In this document: positions 38,324 to 51,591 of the stretch, piece after piece
Numbering within the stretch: the first letter of the stretch is position 1
Layout: every line of letters starts with the position of its first letter
DNA from: Entomortierella parvispora E1425
Taxonomy: Eukaryota > Fungi > Mortierellomycota
DNA length: 64,000 bases
NCBI GenBank assembly: GCA_020891255.1
Contig: BQFW01000013.1
Location: 310,001 to 374,000, forward strand
Direction: 5' to 3'
Position numbers and translations under genes: made by a program
Notes under the pieces: model-generated
What the model saw: the letters and a program-made list of their open reading frames with translations, nothing else
The model's database searches: none
What the model was told of the DNA's origin: nothing

Positions 38324-41300
38324 ATGGACCAGTACCATTCCCAGCTGGAAGTGTCGCTCAAACGTGTCCTCACTGCCAGCACCAGTACCCAGATTCAGGA
38401 CGTAAGCGCGAATGTGCAGAGATGCATGCACATCAACAAAAGCCCAATGTAGAACTTAATGAGACAGGATCACTCAACGCACATTTATCCATTAGGCGAC
38501 CGATGACCTTCTCCAGAATGTCTTCACGGACCCTCGATGCATTCCGACCTTGACATGCATCATCAAGCAATCCCCCCATAAAGAGGTACCAGTTCGAGTG
38601 GACACGCCACCAATCTTGACGCGACATGAGACCAACTGACATTTTCACCGTGTAGGTCCGACTGCTTGCTGCAGTTGAACTTCGCAAGCAGGCTGTGGAG
38701 TGGTGGACAAAGCTCCATCCTAAAGTCAAGTTTGAAGCTAAGGCTACCCTTCTTGAGATCATTCTCTGCGAAGAAGAGTAGGTTCCCGTTGATACGCCAT
38801 CTATGATTTATAATCGCATTCCTCATTTTTAACGTCTTCTTTTCAACTCTGTAGATATCCTGTTCGCCAAGCCTCAGCGCGTGTAATTGCAGCCATCGGC
38901 AGGATGGATATACCAGTTCGGGACTGGCCGCAGTTAGTCCCCTTCCTTCAAAAGTGCTGTAACAGTCCAGATGCTGGTCACCGAGAAGCTGGCTTATTTC
39001 TCATGTCCACCATCTTTGAAGTCACCGATGCCCTTATGGATGACCTGTGTGAGCCACTGAGACTTTTCGCGAAGACTATTGCAGATCCAGAGTCACTCTC
39101 GGTTCGGACAACAACTGTGGTCGCCCTCAATAGGATGTCGCACTTTATCAACTCCAGTCAAACACAGGAAATCAAACTTTTCAGCGACTTGATTCCTTCC
39201 ATGATCGAAGTCCTCGGCCAATGCATTGCCTGCCATGATGAATCAGCAGCTCTTAAGTGCTTCGATGCAATGGAGGATCTCTTGAAGCTCATCATCTCGC
39301 CCTTGGCACCACATCTTAAGGACTTCGTCGAGTACTTCAGACTGGTGACTGGCAACACAGATGTAGAGCCGAAGATGCGCATCCATGCCATCTCTGTTCT
39401 CTCGTGGGCAGTGTTGCAGAAATCGACCAAGATTGAACAACTGGAGCTTCTAGAACCTCTGATCCACACTTTGTTGGAGGTTGGGACGGAACCAGAGCTC
39501 GAGGACGACGACGACGACTCACCATCGAAGAGCGCTTTTTCACTAATCCACACAATTGGAATACACATGTCACCTATCGCGGTCTTCACTGCAGCCAGAT
39601 CCGACATCCTGGCCCTAGTGTCGAGCTCGGAGACTCGATTCCGGAAAGCAGGACTGATGGCGCTATCGGTCCTAGCAGAGGGATGCGCAGAGGAAATGAG
39701 GCCGGCTATCGACGAAATGCTGTTTGTCATTATCTCTGGTCTTGATGATCAAGACGCGACTGTACGACGAGCCGCCTGCGTTGCGTTGTGCTCCTTTGCA
39801 GAAGAGTTTGAAGAAGAGGTGTCTCAGAAGCATGTCAGATTTGTACCCAGGCTCATCGACATGCTGAACGAAATGAGGCCCAACGTCATCAAGAAAGCAT
39901 GCAATGCCCTCAACGCCATTGTATCACAGCTAAAAGACGATCTACTTCCGTATCTTCCGAGTCTCATGAAGCGCCTTATCGACCTATTGGATAGTGATGG
40001 GAGCTCCTGTCTGACTGCCGTTATTGCTGTTATGGCTACCACAGCCCGCGTCTCCTTGGGAAAATTCCAACCCTATTGCGAAGCCGTGGTGACGAGATTG
40101 CGAAATCTCATGTCTCTTGCTTTTTCTGCAGAGGACATCAAGGTTCGATCTGCTGCGACCGAGGCGATGGGTACAGTCTCCCGGGCGGTTGGGAAGGATT
40201 TGTTCAGGGTAAGAAATATGGTATGCAAGACGAAGCACTTAGATGAAGACTGTCCTTACAGTTACTAATAGTTCTTACATTTGTAGCCCTATCTTCACGA
40301 TTGCATGGTGCTCGCAATGGAGGGAGTTCTAAAAGAAGGGATGGGGCTACGAGAGCCTGGATACCGATTCTTCGGCTGTGCAGCCCAAATCTTTGAAATG
40401 GAGCTCTCTCCATATTTACCGGAGATTGCAGCACAGCTGTACAGGACCTGTGAACACCCTGACCCTCTTCTCAGAGATAAAAATGAAGAAGAGGACCTTG
40501 CCGATCTGGATGAGGATGACACCGAAGAAGATGTCAAGGATGCTTTCAACTGCGCACTCATACAAGAAAAGGAGGCAGCAGCTTGCACCTACGCGATCTT
40601 TGTCGAACACACAAGGGATTGCTTCCTGCCATACCTAGACGATGTTATGAAGGCGTACTTCTTCCTTTTTGAGGAAACAAGTGACACGGTGCGTAAAGCT
40701 GCGATCAGCGGGGCATTCTCACTCCTTCGCTCTGTATATCAAATGTCGAACATTGCACCCTGGAGGAAGGAGCTGCATCAGGAACCTTTGGAAGGCACGA
40801 TCGTAGTGGTACGCGACTGGCTTGTTCCGGCTGTCACCGGACTTTTGGCTTATGAACAAGACAAGTACGTTTTGACGTTTGTGATATCTACAAAAAATGA
40901 GTTGAAGTTGTATTAATATCTACGTTCATTTTTTTTATAATACTCCAGAACGGTCGTAATATTGGCCATCCAGGAATTCACAGAGACGCTGCGCTGGTGT
41001 GGCCCTGTAACTTTGTGCAAATGTAAGTCAGCGCGTTGCATCCATATGTTTGTTAACCGCAATTGTGCTTAAGGTTGGTTTTAAACTTGGGCTGTCTTTG
41101 TTTTCCATTATCAGTTCTTCCTTATATTTGTGGACAGCTGCGTCTTATCTTTGAAAAGAAGGCTCACTTTCAGCAGTTGTCGATGAACGAGGACCATCTA
41201 CTTGACGAGGACGAGGACGAAGAGAACGACGTGGCTCTTGTCTGCTCTGCAGCAGACCTAGTGTCCGTGATTGCGACTGTGCATGGCAATGAGTTTGCCT

Positions 41301-42033
41301 CCGAAGTCAAGACTTTTATACCGCACATCATGAAGTACTATAGGAAGACAAGGACGCCGGTAGAAAGGTCCATGTCGATGGGCTGTTTGGGTGAGATTAC
41401 CACCGCAATCGAGTCACATATTACCGAGTTCACAGACTTAATTCTGCCACTCGCTCAAAAAGCTCTTGGTGACCATGACGACGAAGTTCGGAGCAATGCT
41501 GCGTTTACACTTGGTGTTCTCTGTGAGCACACCACTGTGGATTTGACTCGGTGAGTTGCATGCCATTCGATCCAGCTTTTGTGTCGGGCTTTGGGGTGGA
41601 ACGTGTTTCTGACACGTTTATTGTTCTTGTCCTTAGGCACTACCCAATTCTTCTGCAAACTTTGTACCCCTTGTTCTACGATCAGGACATGATCAACGTT
41701 ACCGACAACGCCTGCGGTGCTGTGTCCCGCATGCTGATGAAGCATCCACAGGCTGTTCCTGTAGAGCAAGTCTTGCCGACCTTGGCTGCAGCCCTGCCTT
41801 TAAAAGCAGAGCTTGAGGAAAATGAGCCTGTGTTCCGATTTTTGTTGTCGCTGTTGCACGTCAGAAATGGATGGATCTTGGAGCACCTTGGCCATATTTT
41901 GGAGCTCTTTGTCCAGGTTCTGTTGACTGGAGCAGATAGCAAACTTACGGAAAGCACCAAAAAAGAAATGGTTGCTGCGATGATGGCATTTGGGTACCCT
42001 ATGCCCAGCGAACTTATGGTGTTGCGGGTCTAG
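38324..42033 (+). CDS. KAP123: Importin-beta family karyopherin (Kap123/importin-4)
   Basis: Exons give MDQYHSQLE..., VRLLAAVELRK, YPVRQASARVIAAIGRMDIP..WPQL, HEAT repeats and C-terminal DNACGAVSRM...LPLKAELEENEPV. Confidence 0.88.
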
Positions 42034-42365
42034 ATGCTGGCTTTCCCAAACATAGCACGCGCTCAGAACGCGAAAAATAAAAAGGAACAAAACAAAAAAA
42101 AAAAAAAAAAAAAAAAAAAGGGACGGCGGTCACGCGTCACCAACGTGTGGGCCCATGCACATTGCATTTGCTTTCATTCTTTCCTTTCCTCTTCATCTCT
42201 TTTCTCCACCCATTAGTTTCATTCACCTCTTCTCTTCTTCTTTGACTCATTTCCTTTCTACCTGACAGAAATTCAGGATACACCCTTTGGCATTCTCCCG
42301 AACACCAGACTCGGGAACCCTCATTCACTCCACCTCCATTCCGTTCCCTCGAGTCCAACCTCTCC

Positions 42366-45300
42366 ATGACCCACGACGAAAACCTAGCAACGGCCAAGCT
42401 GCTGCTGCGACCTACCGAGATCTGTCAATTCATATCAACATCGTGCCTTGCGTCGTCTTTGTTATGCATCTCTGATACTTTGAATGCGTGCTGTTTTGTT
42501 GTTGCTTGTGTTTTTTGGTTTTCTCTTTGTGTTTTTATCCATGATTGTTTCATCCATTGGTGCTACTTTTCCCCTTAACTGTCGTGGACCCTGGCTGTAC
42601 AACTCTTCCTCTTTTCCTTTTATGATAATTACTCTGCTCAGGTCCTCTGCATGGGAAAAGATAACCACCTGGAAAACAGGATTCTGGCCATCATTGTTAA
42701 CACTCAAGCCGGCGTGGAAGAGTCTTGGTAAAACCCATTGGGTTATGCCTTGGTCCCCTCGGCTATCTATTGGACGTAGGAAGGAAGGATCATCTAACCC
42801 CTGATATTATAATTGCCAATAGCGTGTTTATCATCAAACGAACTGGCCAGGTGGCAAGTGTTTTGCAGACCGTTTTGCCCATCTACTTTGACTTCAGGAT
42901 CTCAGTCGGTAAGTGTCACTCGCATTTTTTATTTTCTTTTGTTCCGACCATGCTCCTCACCATACCGGCTGCACAGCCCGATCGCTGACCAAAAAAGCTC
43001 AAAACCACGTCATTGAATAGCTCAAACAAAGGCAGTAGACAAGGATGACAAAACTGCAGCTGCAGATGTGAGGAATGGTAACGAAGAAGAGTGCCCCAGG
43101 GCGATCTATGAGTTTTATCATGCGTTCAGTAACTTGGCAACGGCACTCGGATCTAACGAGTGCTCTCCGGTTACTTGTTTATCCGGCTGCAAAAAAATAC
43201 AGATTTCACTCTGAAGTTGTACTGCGACCAGACCGAGGTGACGGTTCAAACGGACGATCTGGATGTTTTGCAGGGACTTTTGAGAGAACTTCGTCGAAGC
43301 CACCTTATAGCACGTAAGAGGAGTCCTGAGACCATGAATCTCTTTGACGTACACTGCTTTAAAACTGATCTTTTCTTGGATCTGATAGAGGATGACAACT
43401 TTTACGCAGGCGGGAGCAGCCATCACTGGATCCAGTATTACACTCGCGATGAAAGCAACCAAAGCACAGGTACTGGAGTGGCACTGCTCTTGCCCTTCTA
43501 TGGAATCACGATCTGACATTTTCTTCAATTTTTCTCATGTCAATGAATATCCTCACTGAACAAAAAAAAAAAAAAAAAAAGCTGACCAGGTGCGCGGGAT
43601 GACCATGGATGAGTTCATAGCCTCGGCTTCCAACCCACTCGCTATGTACTTTCTTCAACCTGAGGCTATTGATTCAGTCCAGGCGACAACTGCACCAAGA
43701 CTGGACCTTGGACTGGTCAAGGAAAGCTGGATCGAAAAGGAGATGCGCGCCAGAGAGAGCGAATTTACTGAGCACAGCTACATGCAGTACGTGGGAAGCC
43801 GAGAAACTTTGGAGTCGGATCTATTTATAATATTTGTCGCTGCCTGAAAACTATTTTTTAACCAGAGCCAACTCTCCAAATTGTAGCGCGTTCGTAGGGA
43901 CATGGAATGTCAATGGTAAGAACGTCACAGAGAAACTGGATGCTTGGCTCCATGTAGACGGAAAAGTCCAGCCGGATATCTATGTCCTATGGTAGGGATA
44001 CAGACGCCACATTTCTATGACTCGGAATGTTACATGATAGACTAACAATCTCTGGATGAGTTAGTTTCCAAGAACTAGACTTGAGCGCCGAGGCTTACAT
44101 AGTGTTTGATGGATCCAAGGAGGAGGAGTGGACAAGGGCCATTGCTGATAGTCTTGGAACCAACTACAAGAGGGTTATGTCCAAGCAGTTGGTTGGGTTG
44201 TTCATTATTATGTTTGCAGCAGAAGACCACGTCGAATACATCAAGGAGGTTACCACCCACGCTGCTGGTGTTGGTATTATGGGAATTCTTGTAAGCCTGG
44301 TCAACACGATTGAGAAGCACGTTTCAAAACATGATGAGGAGCTGCTGACCAGTTTTTGACACATTTCATTTTTATAACTCATTAGGCCAACAAGGGTGGA
44401 GTGTCTATCCGAATCCGTTACAAGGACTCCTACCTTTGCTTTGTTGGGTCCCACCTTGCCGCAGACACGAGTCAAATTGACCGCCGAAACCAGGACTACC
44501 AGGAAATCTGTCGCCGCCTCACTTTCCCTTCGTCCAACTTTTATGACATTACCAAAAGCCCTGCAGGCAATGCAGCTTTGGCAGGAGGAAACAGGATGGT
44601 CTCCATTTTTGACTGCGAGTAAGCGACTGGCGTAATTGTTGCTTGGTTCTGATATGCAACAGCGGACAAAACATCTAACTTTGTTACTTTGTTTTCCCAC
44701 TTTTTCAGTCATACAATTTGGGCCGGAGATCTGAACTACCGGATTGGATTAGGAGAAGAACAGGTCAAGAGTTATCTCAAAACAAACGACTACGAGGCGC
44801 TTATGAAACACGACCAGGTAACCACAACGGTTTCTCTCGCGAGTTTCTTGTGGACTATAGATATCCACTGTCTAACTTGCATTTCATTGTTCTGGGTATT
44901 GCAATAGCTTGCGTCTCAACGGTCTCTGTTTAAGGCTTTTTCTGAATTTGAGGAGCACCCAATCAGCTTTCACCCCACCTACAAGTATGATGTGGGGACC
45001 AGTATCTGGGACTCCAGGTAAACACTTTTCCAACGCTTTTGAACTATAGTAGAACCAGTTTGACAGGATTTTTAACCTCCTTCTGCCATCAATTGGTAAC
45101 TAGCGAGAAACGCCGCGTACCCTCCTACACAGACCGAATTCTCTGGAGATCAAAGGACACTTCAGAAGATAGTGCCAAGCCACTGTTCTATAGGTCTACT
45201 ATGGAGTTGACCCTCAGCGACCATAAGCCCGTGAGCGCTATGTTCAGACTCAAGGTATACCAAACCACCATTGGTTCCTGGCTTCCTGTCTTGTATTTGT

Positions 45301-47796
45301 TGACATTGGCACTCTGAACTAACACCAGAAGAGTCACCGCTATCACGCTCACTAGGTCAAAACTCTTTTGCATGATAAGCAAGCAGAAGTATTTCAAGCA
45401 ATCGTCCGAGATCTAGATCGCTTTGAGAACGAGTGCATGCCTGATGCAACAGTATCTTCTTCCAATGTAACGTTTGAGGCTGTACGCTACCTGGTTCCTC
45501 AAAAGACGACCATCACCGTTAAGAACATCAAAGAGGTAAGTTTCCCTCTCTTTGGTTTCTTTGTTAATTGCCATCCCTCGCTCTACTTTTTGCCTTCTTT
45601 GCGGCCCACTCGCTCACCGACGTTTACTCTTCTGCTTAAACTGAAGTTCCCAGCTCAATATCGGTTCAAGCCAAAACTGCAGGATGACCGCTTCTGTAAA
45701 CCCTGGTTGTGGGTGAACCCACCTTTGGGGATGATCATGCCTGGTAAGTGCACTGTCCTTTGTCAGATTCTTCGGGAGAAGTACCTCTCAAAGGTCCAAG
45801 ATCGACTTGCATCCTTTTAACAATGGCCGATATCTCACACTACAGGTGAAAGCGCCGAGATTCAAGTGACGGTACTGGTCGACAACGATTCTGCGCCTAT
45901 GCTGAACACTGGAAAGGAGCAGATGGAAGACATCCTCGTCCTTCATTTAGAGCACGGCAAAGACTACTTTATCACCGTCTCAGGAGAGTATATCCGGACA
46001 TGTTTTGGAAATTCTTTGGAATGGCTCTCACGATTGGATCGTCCGATCCGACTCTGGAATCCAGCGGAGGATGACGATGATGAGGATGATATCGACGATG
46101 CGGCCACCGTCTATGACCCTTTTAATGTCCTGGGCACAAAGTCCTCCCGCAGCAGTATGAGGGCCACTCCATCAGTCAACTCCGTGTCGACGACAACCGT
46201 AGGTGTCGCAGGAGGACGGGACTCGTCTGTAGATCTTGTTGGAAAACAGGTCAAGAATGCAAAGTCATTGGATAGTCTGTCGGAACGAGGCACTCTGGAT
46301 CGAAATACCTTGTCGGCCTTGGCCGGTGGGACCAGGAAGTTGAAGATGACTTCTTCATCTTCGGATCTGACAGAAAAACCAAAGAAACCAAAAGCGGCCC
46401 GACAACTGAGTCTGCCAAAGGATCTGTGGCGTATTGTTGACTTTATTTACAAGAATGGATTCGGAGTCGTAAGAATGCTACCTGTTTCTACTATAAGTTT
46501 GTTGGTTTGGTGCGCCTCTTTTTTTTTCTAATATCTTTTTCATTCAAACCCACTTAGGACAATTTGTTCTTGTTATCAGGGGATCAAGCTACGATGGCGT
46601 ATATCCGAGAGTGCCTTGATACGGGTGAGGATTTTGATCTTGGTCGTCTGCTGGATAAACCTCCTTCTGGATCTGTCACTGAAAAGGACTCTGGGATTAA
46701 AAAAGCTCGCGATGGTCAGGATAACGACAAAAAATCCAAAGGAAAGAAGAACAAAAAGGGCAAACAGAATGACGCGACCAAAGCATCCGAGTCCACAGAA
46801 GATGATGATGGCCATGACGATCAGGATCAGGAAAAGAAAGCGCCAGCCGCGGCTGTTCGGCCTTCTACTCTTACTCCTCGTGGGTCAGCCTCGGATATCA
46901 AACCTCAGATTGCTCGGCCGGTCTCGATCTTGAATGGGATTCCACCCAAGGCAGCGACGTTTGGACTGGGAGAAAACCGTGGAATTCACTCCATGGCTGA
47001 GGTACTGCTGAGGTTTTTGGAATCCCTCCGAGAGCCGGTTGTGCCCACAGAAATGTACTACCGAGCCCTGGAAGTCGCCAATCATCAACAGGCTGCATAC
47101 GGACTTTTAGATCTGATGCCTCCTGTACATGTGAATGTATTTGTGTACATTACAAGCTTCCTGAGAGAGATGATCCTTGTCGGAGGCAGCGCTGGACAGG
47201 CCTCGAATGCTTCACCTGACGGATCTGGTCAAGGAGGAGCTACGGGACCAGGATCTTCGACTCAAACGTTGGGAGGATCGGCCAATGTCACCAATAGAGT
47301 GCTGCAGAGCAGCTCGGGTTCGATTTATAACGGAAATGATGCGGCCAGCATCTCTGGTCGAGGAAAACGCGACGATGAAGACCACCGCGTCTCTCGGTTA
47401 GGTATGAATGGGACATCGTTCTTTGGCTTAACGTTGCCTTTGGAAGACCATACCGCTGACACCTCTTTTTTCGTTTTATTTATATGGAAATCTATAGCGA
47501 CGGTCTTTTCTTCAGTGATGTTACGTCCCCCTCCAGGTGCGGAGCGACTTTCCGAGGTTGAGGCACTGAAGCGAAAGACATTCTTGATGCAGTTTCTCCA
47601 AGAGCCTGTGGAGGAGGATGGTGCGCACCCCAGTGCAACCGGGGGTGCGAGTAACGCTGGAGGCGGGGGCAGTGCTGGATATGGAACAATGTCGGGCAGC
47701 ACTGCTGCCGCTGCCGCTACTGCACTCAAACATCATCACAGCAGTACAGCCAGTGCTGGAGGTGCTGGTCATGACACCATCGAGACCCTCATGTAA
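42366..47796 (+). CDS. OCRL: OCRL/INPP5B-type inositol polyphosphate 5-phosphatase (PH, 5-phosphatase, ASH, RhoGAP-like domains)
   Basis: Motifs FVGTWNVNG, LCFVGSHLAAD, IWAGDLNYRI, PTYKYDVGT, RVPSYTDRILW, SDHKPVSA; ASH segment KPWLWVNP...LVLHLEHGKDYFITV; RhoGAP-like LPKDLWRIVDFI and LLRFLESLREPVVP. Many GT-AG introns; start codon inferred. Confidence 0.9.
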
Positions 47797-48431
47797 AGAA
47801 GACGGAATAAAGCCTGACCCTACGGAATTACAACCTCACTTGAGCTATTTACAGCAACGGCCCCCCGGCTAAAGAATTGCCCTCCGGGACCCCACCATCA
47901 AGTTTACGACCACTATTTTAGATCTACGCTCAACCACTTCATCCCAGAGTTCTGTCCCGATTGCCATTGAAACAAGTCGAAGAGGCTTACCATTGTCTCT
48001 TTCCCTATTTCCCTCCATTAGTCTGTCTTGCCAATGCGTGTTTGGGCCCAAGAAAGACAGAGGCGGATCTCAAAGAGGTACTGAAAAGGCTCGCTTCTCT
48101 TCTGTCCACTAAGACCTAGTGGTTAGCTTTGAATGTATGGCCTATACAGTATGGTCTGAATATTCGAGGAATAAGTGACCTCTGGCTTGCACTTACACAT
48201 ACAACGTAATTCCCTATAACGGGTGCCATCATGAGCAAAAGCTTCTTGCTAATATTGCAAAGAGAGTGCGCACCATTGGCCATATCTCCTTCATTCCCGA
48301 TGTCTCCGTCTGCTGGCGATGCCAATCATCAAAATAGACCCTTAAAAATGAAGTACACCCTTAATTTTTGAAGTCAACAAAAGATCTCTTTGCCATGCAT
48401 GCTTCTTTTTTTTTTGTTCACCACATCTCTC

Positions 48432-51366
48432 ATGGGCGTTCTTGGACTATATTCTTATTTCGAATCGAAATCACTCGGACAGCGCAAAAGCTGGTCCTCT
48501 TCTACCCTTCCTTCCCATGCGACCTCGGCCACCCCATCCCCGACGCCATTGGACCATGGACAGCATCTTCCCTCCAAGAGCCGCTACTTTATTCTCGATG
48601 GAAATGCCTATATCCACCATCTTTACTGCGGCCAGTTCGAGTGGATCTGGGGTGGTCAATACTCAGGCTTTGTCAATCTCTTGATCGCTCATATCACAGC
48701 TCTTGAGGCTTGTGGGTTTCGACTTCAGTTCTTGTTTGATGGCCCTCTTCCGCTGCAAAAACTGCAAACTCGCCTCAATCGGGACACGGAAAAGATCCAC
48801 AAGATGACCAGGGTCATGGGCGATCTGGAGCATTATCATGTCCTTGGTTTGAACAGTGGATCATCACATGGCTCAAACTCGTCGTCGTCGCTAGGCACCG
48901 CGGAAGCCGTGCGTGAAGGGCTGGAGCTTTTGGCAGGTGGAGGCGCCATCATGGGCAATGGAAACAGCGGAGGCAGCGGAGGCAACCGATCGAGCTCACA
49001 GTTCTTGATCCCGCCTTTGGTCATGGAGGTCACCTTGCAAACTCTTCGATCCTTGGGCGTTGAGCTGATGGTCTGCGACGGAGAGGCGGACGGCCTTGTG
49101 GCTCAGCTGGCGATGGAGAAATCTATGGAATCAGGCGTCGATGAGGCGTATGCTGTCAGCAAGGACTCTGGTAAGGACCCTCCATGAGGCTCCCGTTGAA
49201 GACGACAGCTTTTTTGTTGTGACAAAAAGAACATGGATTCTCATAACAGGACCCAACCTCTTCTATTCAAATCTAGACTACTTCATATACAACACAGGAC
49301 TTGCAGAGAATGCCGGCTACATTCCTTTGGACAGTCTGTTCGTCATGACAGATCCCCTCACCTCCGTCACAACAATTTCCGCCACGGTCTACTCGCAAGC
49401 CGCGGTGGCGGATCATCTCGGTATCCAGCCAAAGTTCCTGCCTCTCTTTGCCTCCCTCACAGGAAACGATTATCTGCGTCCCGATGTCTTTGAGGATCAG
49501 ATTGCCAGATCTCTCGCCGCCTCGACTGGTCAAAAGTTGTCTGCAGCTTCCAACACCAACCATGCACGGATCAGGGCTACAGCTGCATTTCTGAGGGAAT
49601 ACGGAGCTGGGAACGGAACGCAAGAAGCTGACGGTACCGAGAGTGATGACTTGACCAAGGTGATGGAGAATATCTTGGAGGACCGCAAGACCCTGTACAC
49701 AGCCGAGACAGAGGAACGGCGTCAGGAGTTGAGATCATCTTTGGAAGAGTCTATTGAACAGTATACACCGGTGTTCCCAGATGACTTCTCGAACCAGGAC
49801 TCTATCTCCTCAGGATCTGTTGTATCATCGACCACACCCTCTGCTGAATCCTCCACCGCCACAACTCCAGACCCTTCGACTCCAACTCAATCACAGGATA
49901 TTGAAAAGTCTCCGAGTAGATCCACCTTCCCACCTTCTTCCAGCTCCATGTCTGGACTGTTCAGGATGAAGGAGGCATTCCGATCAGGGCAATTCTCGTT
50001 CAAGTTGATGGATGTTGTCTGCAGCAAGATGTTTTGGTGCACGCCATTCTTGGAGGATATCGACAGGGAAAGTGCTTGGCTGGCCTCCAGAGAGCTGCGG
50101 CGATGGGTTTACGGCATCCTTTCTAGAAACCTGGACCATAGCACAGGTGGTCTAGTATCTGAGGAAGAGCCAATGGAGGTTGTCGAGTATGTCCGACGTG
50201 GTGATCACTTGTCGGCGGAGACTGTGGTTGCAGCTAGTCCTTTTGAGCTGGATTCGATTGTTCAGAGAGGAACTCTATCGTCTATGGATGTGGACAAAAG
50301 CTCAAGGCGAGTAAGTCTTATGGATGTCGATACGGAACTTGTTGCCTACGCCGCGACTACTGCCGACACAACTAACGATCAGCAGGACCCAGGACAGGGT
50401 AACCATGAGACGATCGCTTCTGACCTGGCTAGCCGGACAAGCCTCTTTCTGGCCGTCCTTGGAAGTGATACTGAGCGGATACGAGCTTTACCGAAACAGT
50501 TCATGGTCTTGGCGGCCACTTTGCGTTATATGATCGAGGCCTTGGCGCATTCCAGAACCCGGTCTGCAAGTGTATCTGTGGCGAATTTCGAGGTCATTGC
50601 GTTTGTTGCGTCCGTTCTTTTTCTTCGTGAAAAGTACCACCCAGAATCAATACCCACGGCCGATGCTCACGATCCTTTAGATTCATCTTCGCCTGGATCT
50701 GGTGCCGCTAATATACCCACTCCTAGTGCGGCGCCTGTTTCTCATAATGTGACCAGTCTGGATGAAGCGCCTCCGATGACCAAGCGATCGTTGCACCTGT
50801 CAACCCAGTATCAACATGTTCTCGGGGGAGTCTCTTTGCTGGCGAACGCGTTGCATCTCGAGGATATGATGCCTTCGTTGGCAAGCTTGTTTGACGGTCT
50901 CTTGTTCCAACAAGCTCTTGCACTAGCACGAGGTGGAACGCTATTGGAGCAACGGATGCAACACCAGGACTCTGTTCAGATGTACCATCAAATATTGGCC
51001 GCTGTCGAGGAAGGATTCATTGATTCGGGCGAAATTGATGTGGTAGTGGTCTTTAGAGCCAAGATGGGAGGCGCTGGAGGTATGGGGGATTTACCGGCCT
51101 TGGGCATCTTTGGACCGGATATGGAACCTGTCAACTCTTTGGGATCCTCCTCTACACACTCGACCAATACCTCCAATGGTACTGCAGGATCCTCTCTCAA
51201 GGCCAACAAGGCGTCCTCGAGCATACAAAAGAAATCAAGTTCGTCCAAGAAAAAGGGCGGCCGATCTGGATCAAGTCGGAGTGGCGCCGGTTCTAGCGGC
51301 AATGGAAGTGGCAGTGGCAATGGCGGGAATATGTTCAATGTACTGTCACTTGGCTGCGAATTCTAG
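48432..51366 (+). CDS. Asteroid/FAM120-family PIN (FEN-like) domain protein
   Basis: MGVLGLYSY, ILDGNAY, WGGQY, FLFDG, DGEADG, spliced SKDS|DYFIY (intron 49171-49276), H3TH-like LFASLTGNDY and C-terminal LFDGLLFQ. Confidence 0.85.
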
Positions 51367-51591
51367 ATGGCGTGTATAAATTTTAATAGTAAAGATCTAA
51401 TATGAGTTCTCGAGCCCACATTGTAGTTTGTTCTTGTCGTGCGATGGAGCAATTCAGAAAGTTGTTTTCGGGGTGTTGCCTTGTGTTTACTTTGATGATC
51501 GCAAGGCACAAAAAGTCGTATTTCTCACTTTCCTTTTTTTTTTTTTTTTTTTTTTTTCTTTTTTCAAGTCGCGCCCCTTTGGTTCAACTTG

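Noticed and set aside
11635-47497. Several stop-free introns with lengths divisible by 3 (11635-11751, 32302-32379, 32481-32558, 45536-45646, 47402-47497)
   Set aside because: Given the many short introns in the window, a handful is about what chance predicts. The two 78-nt introns share no sequence similarity.
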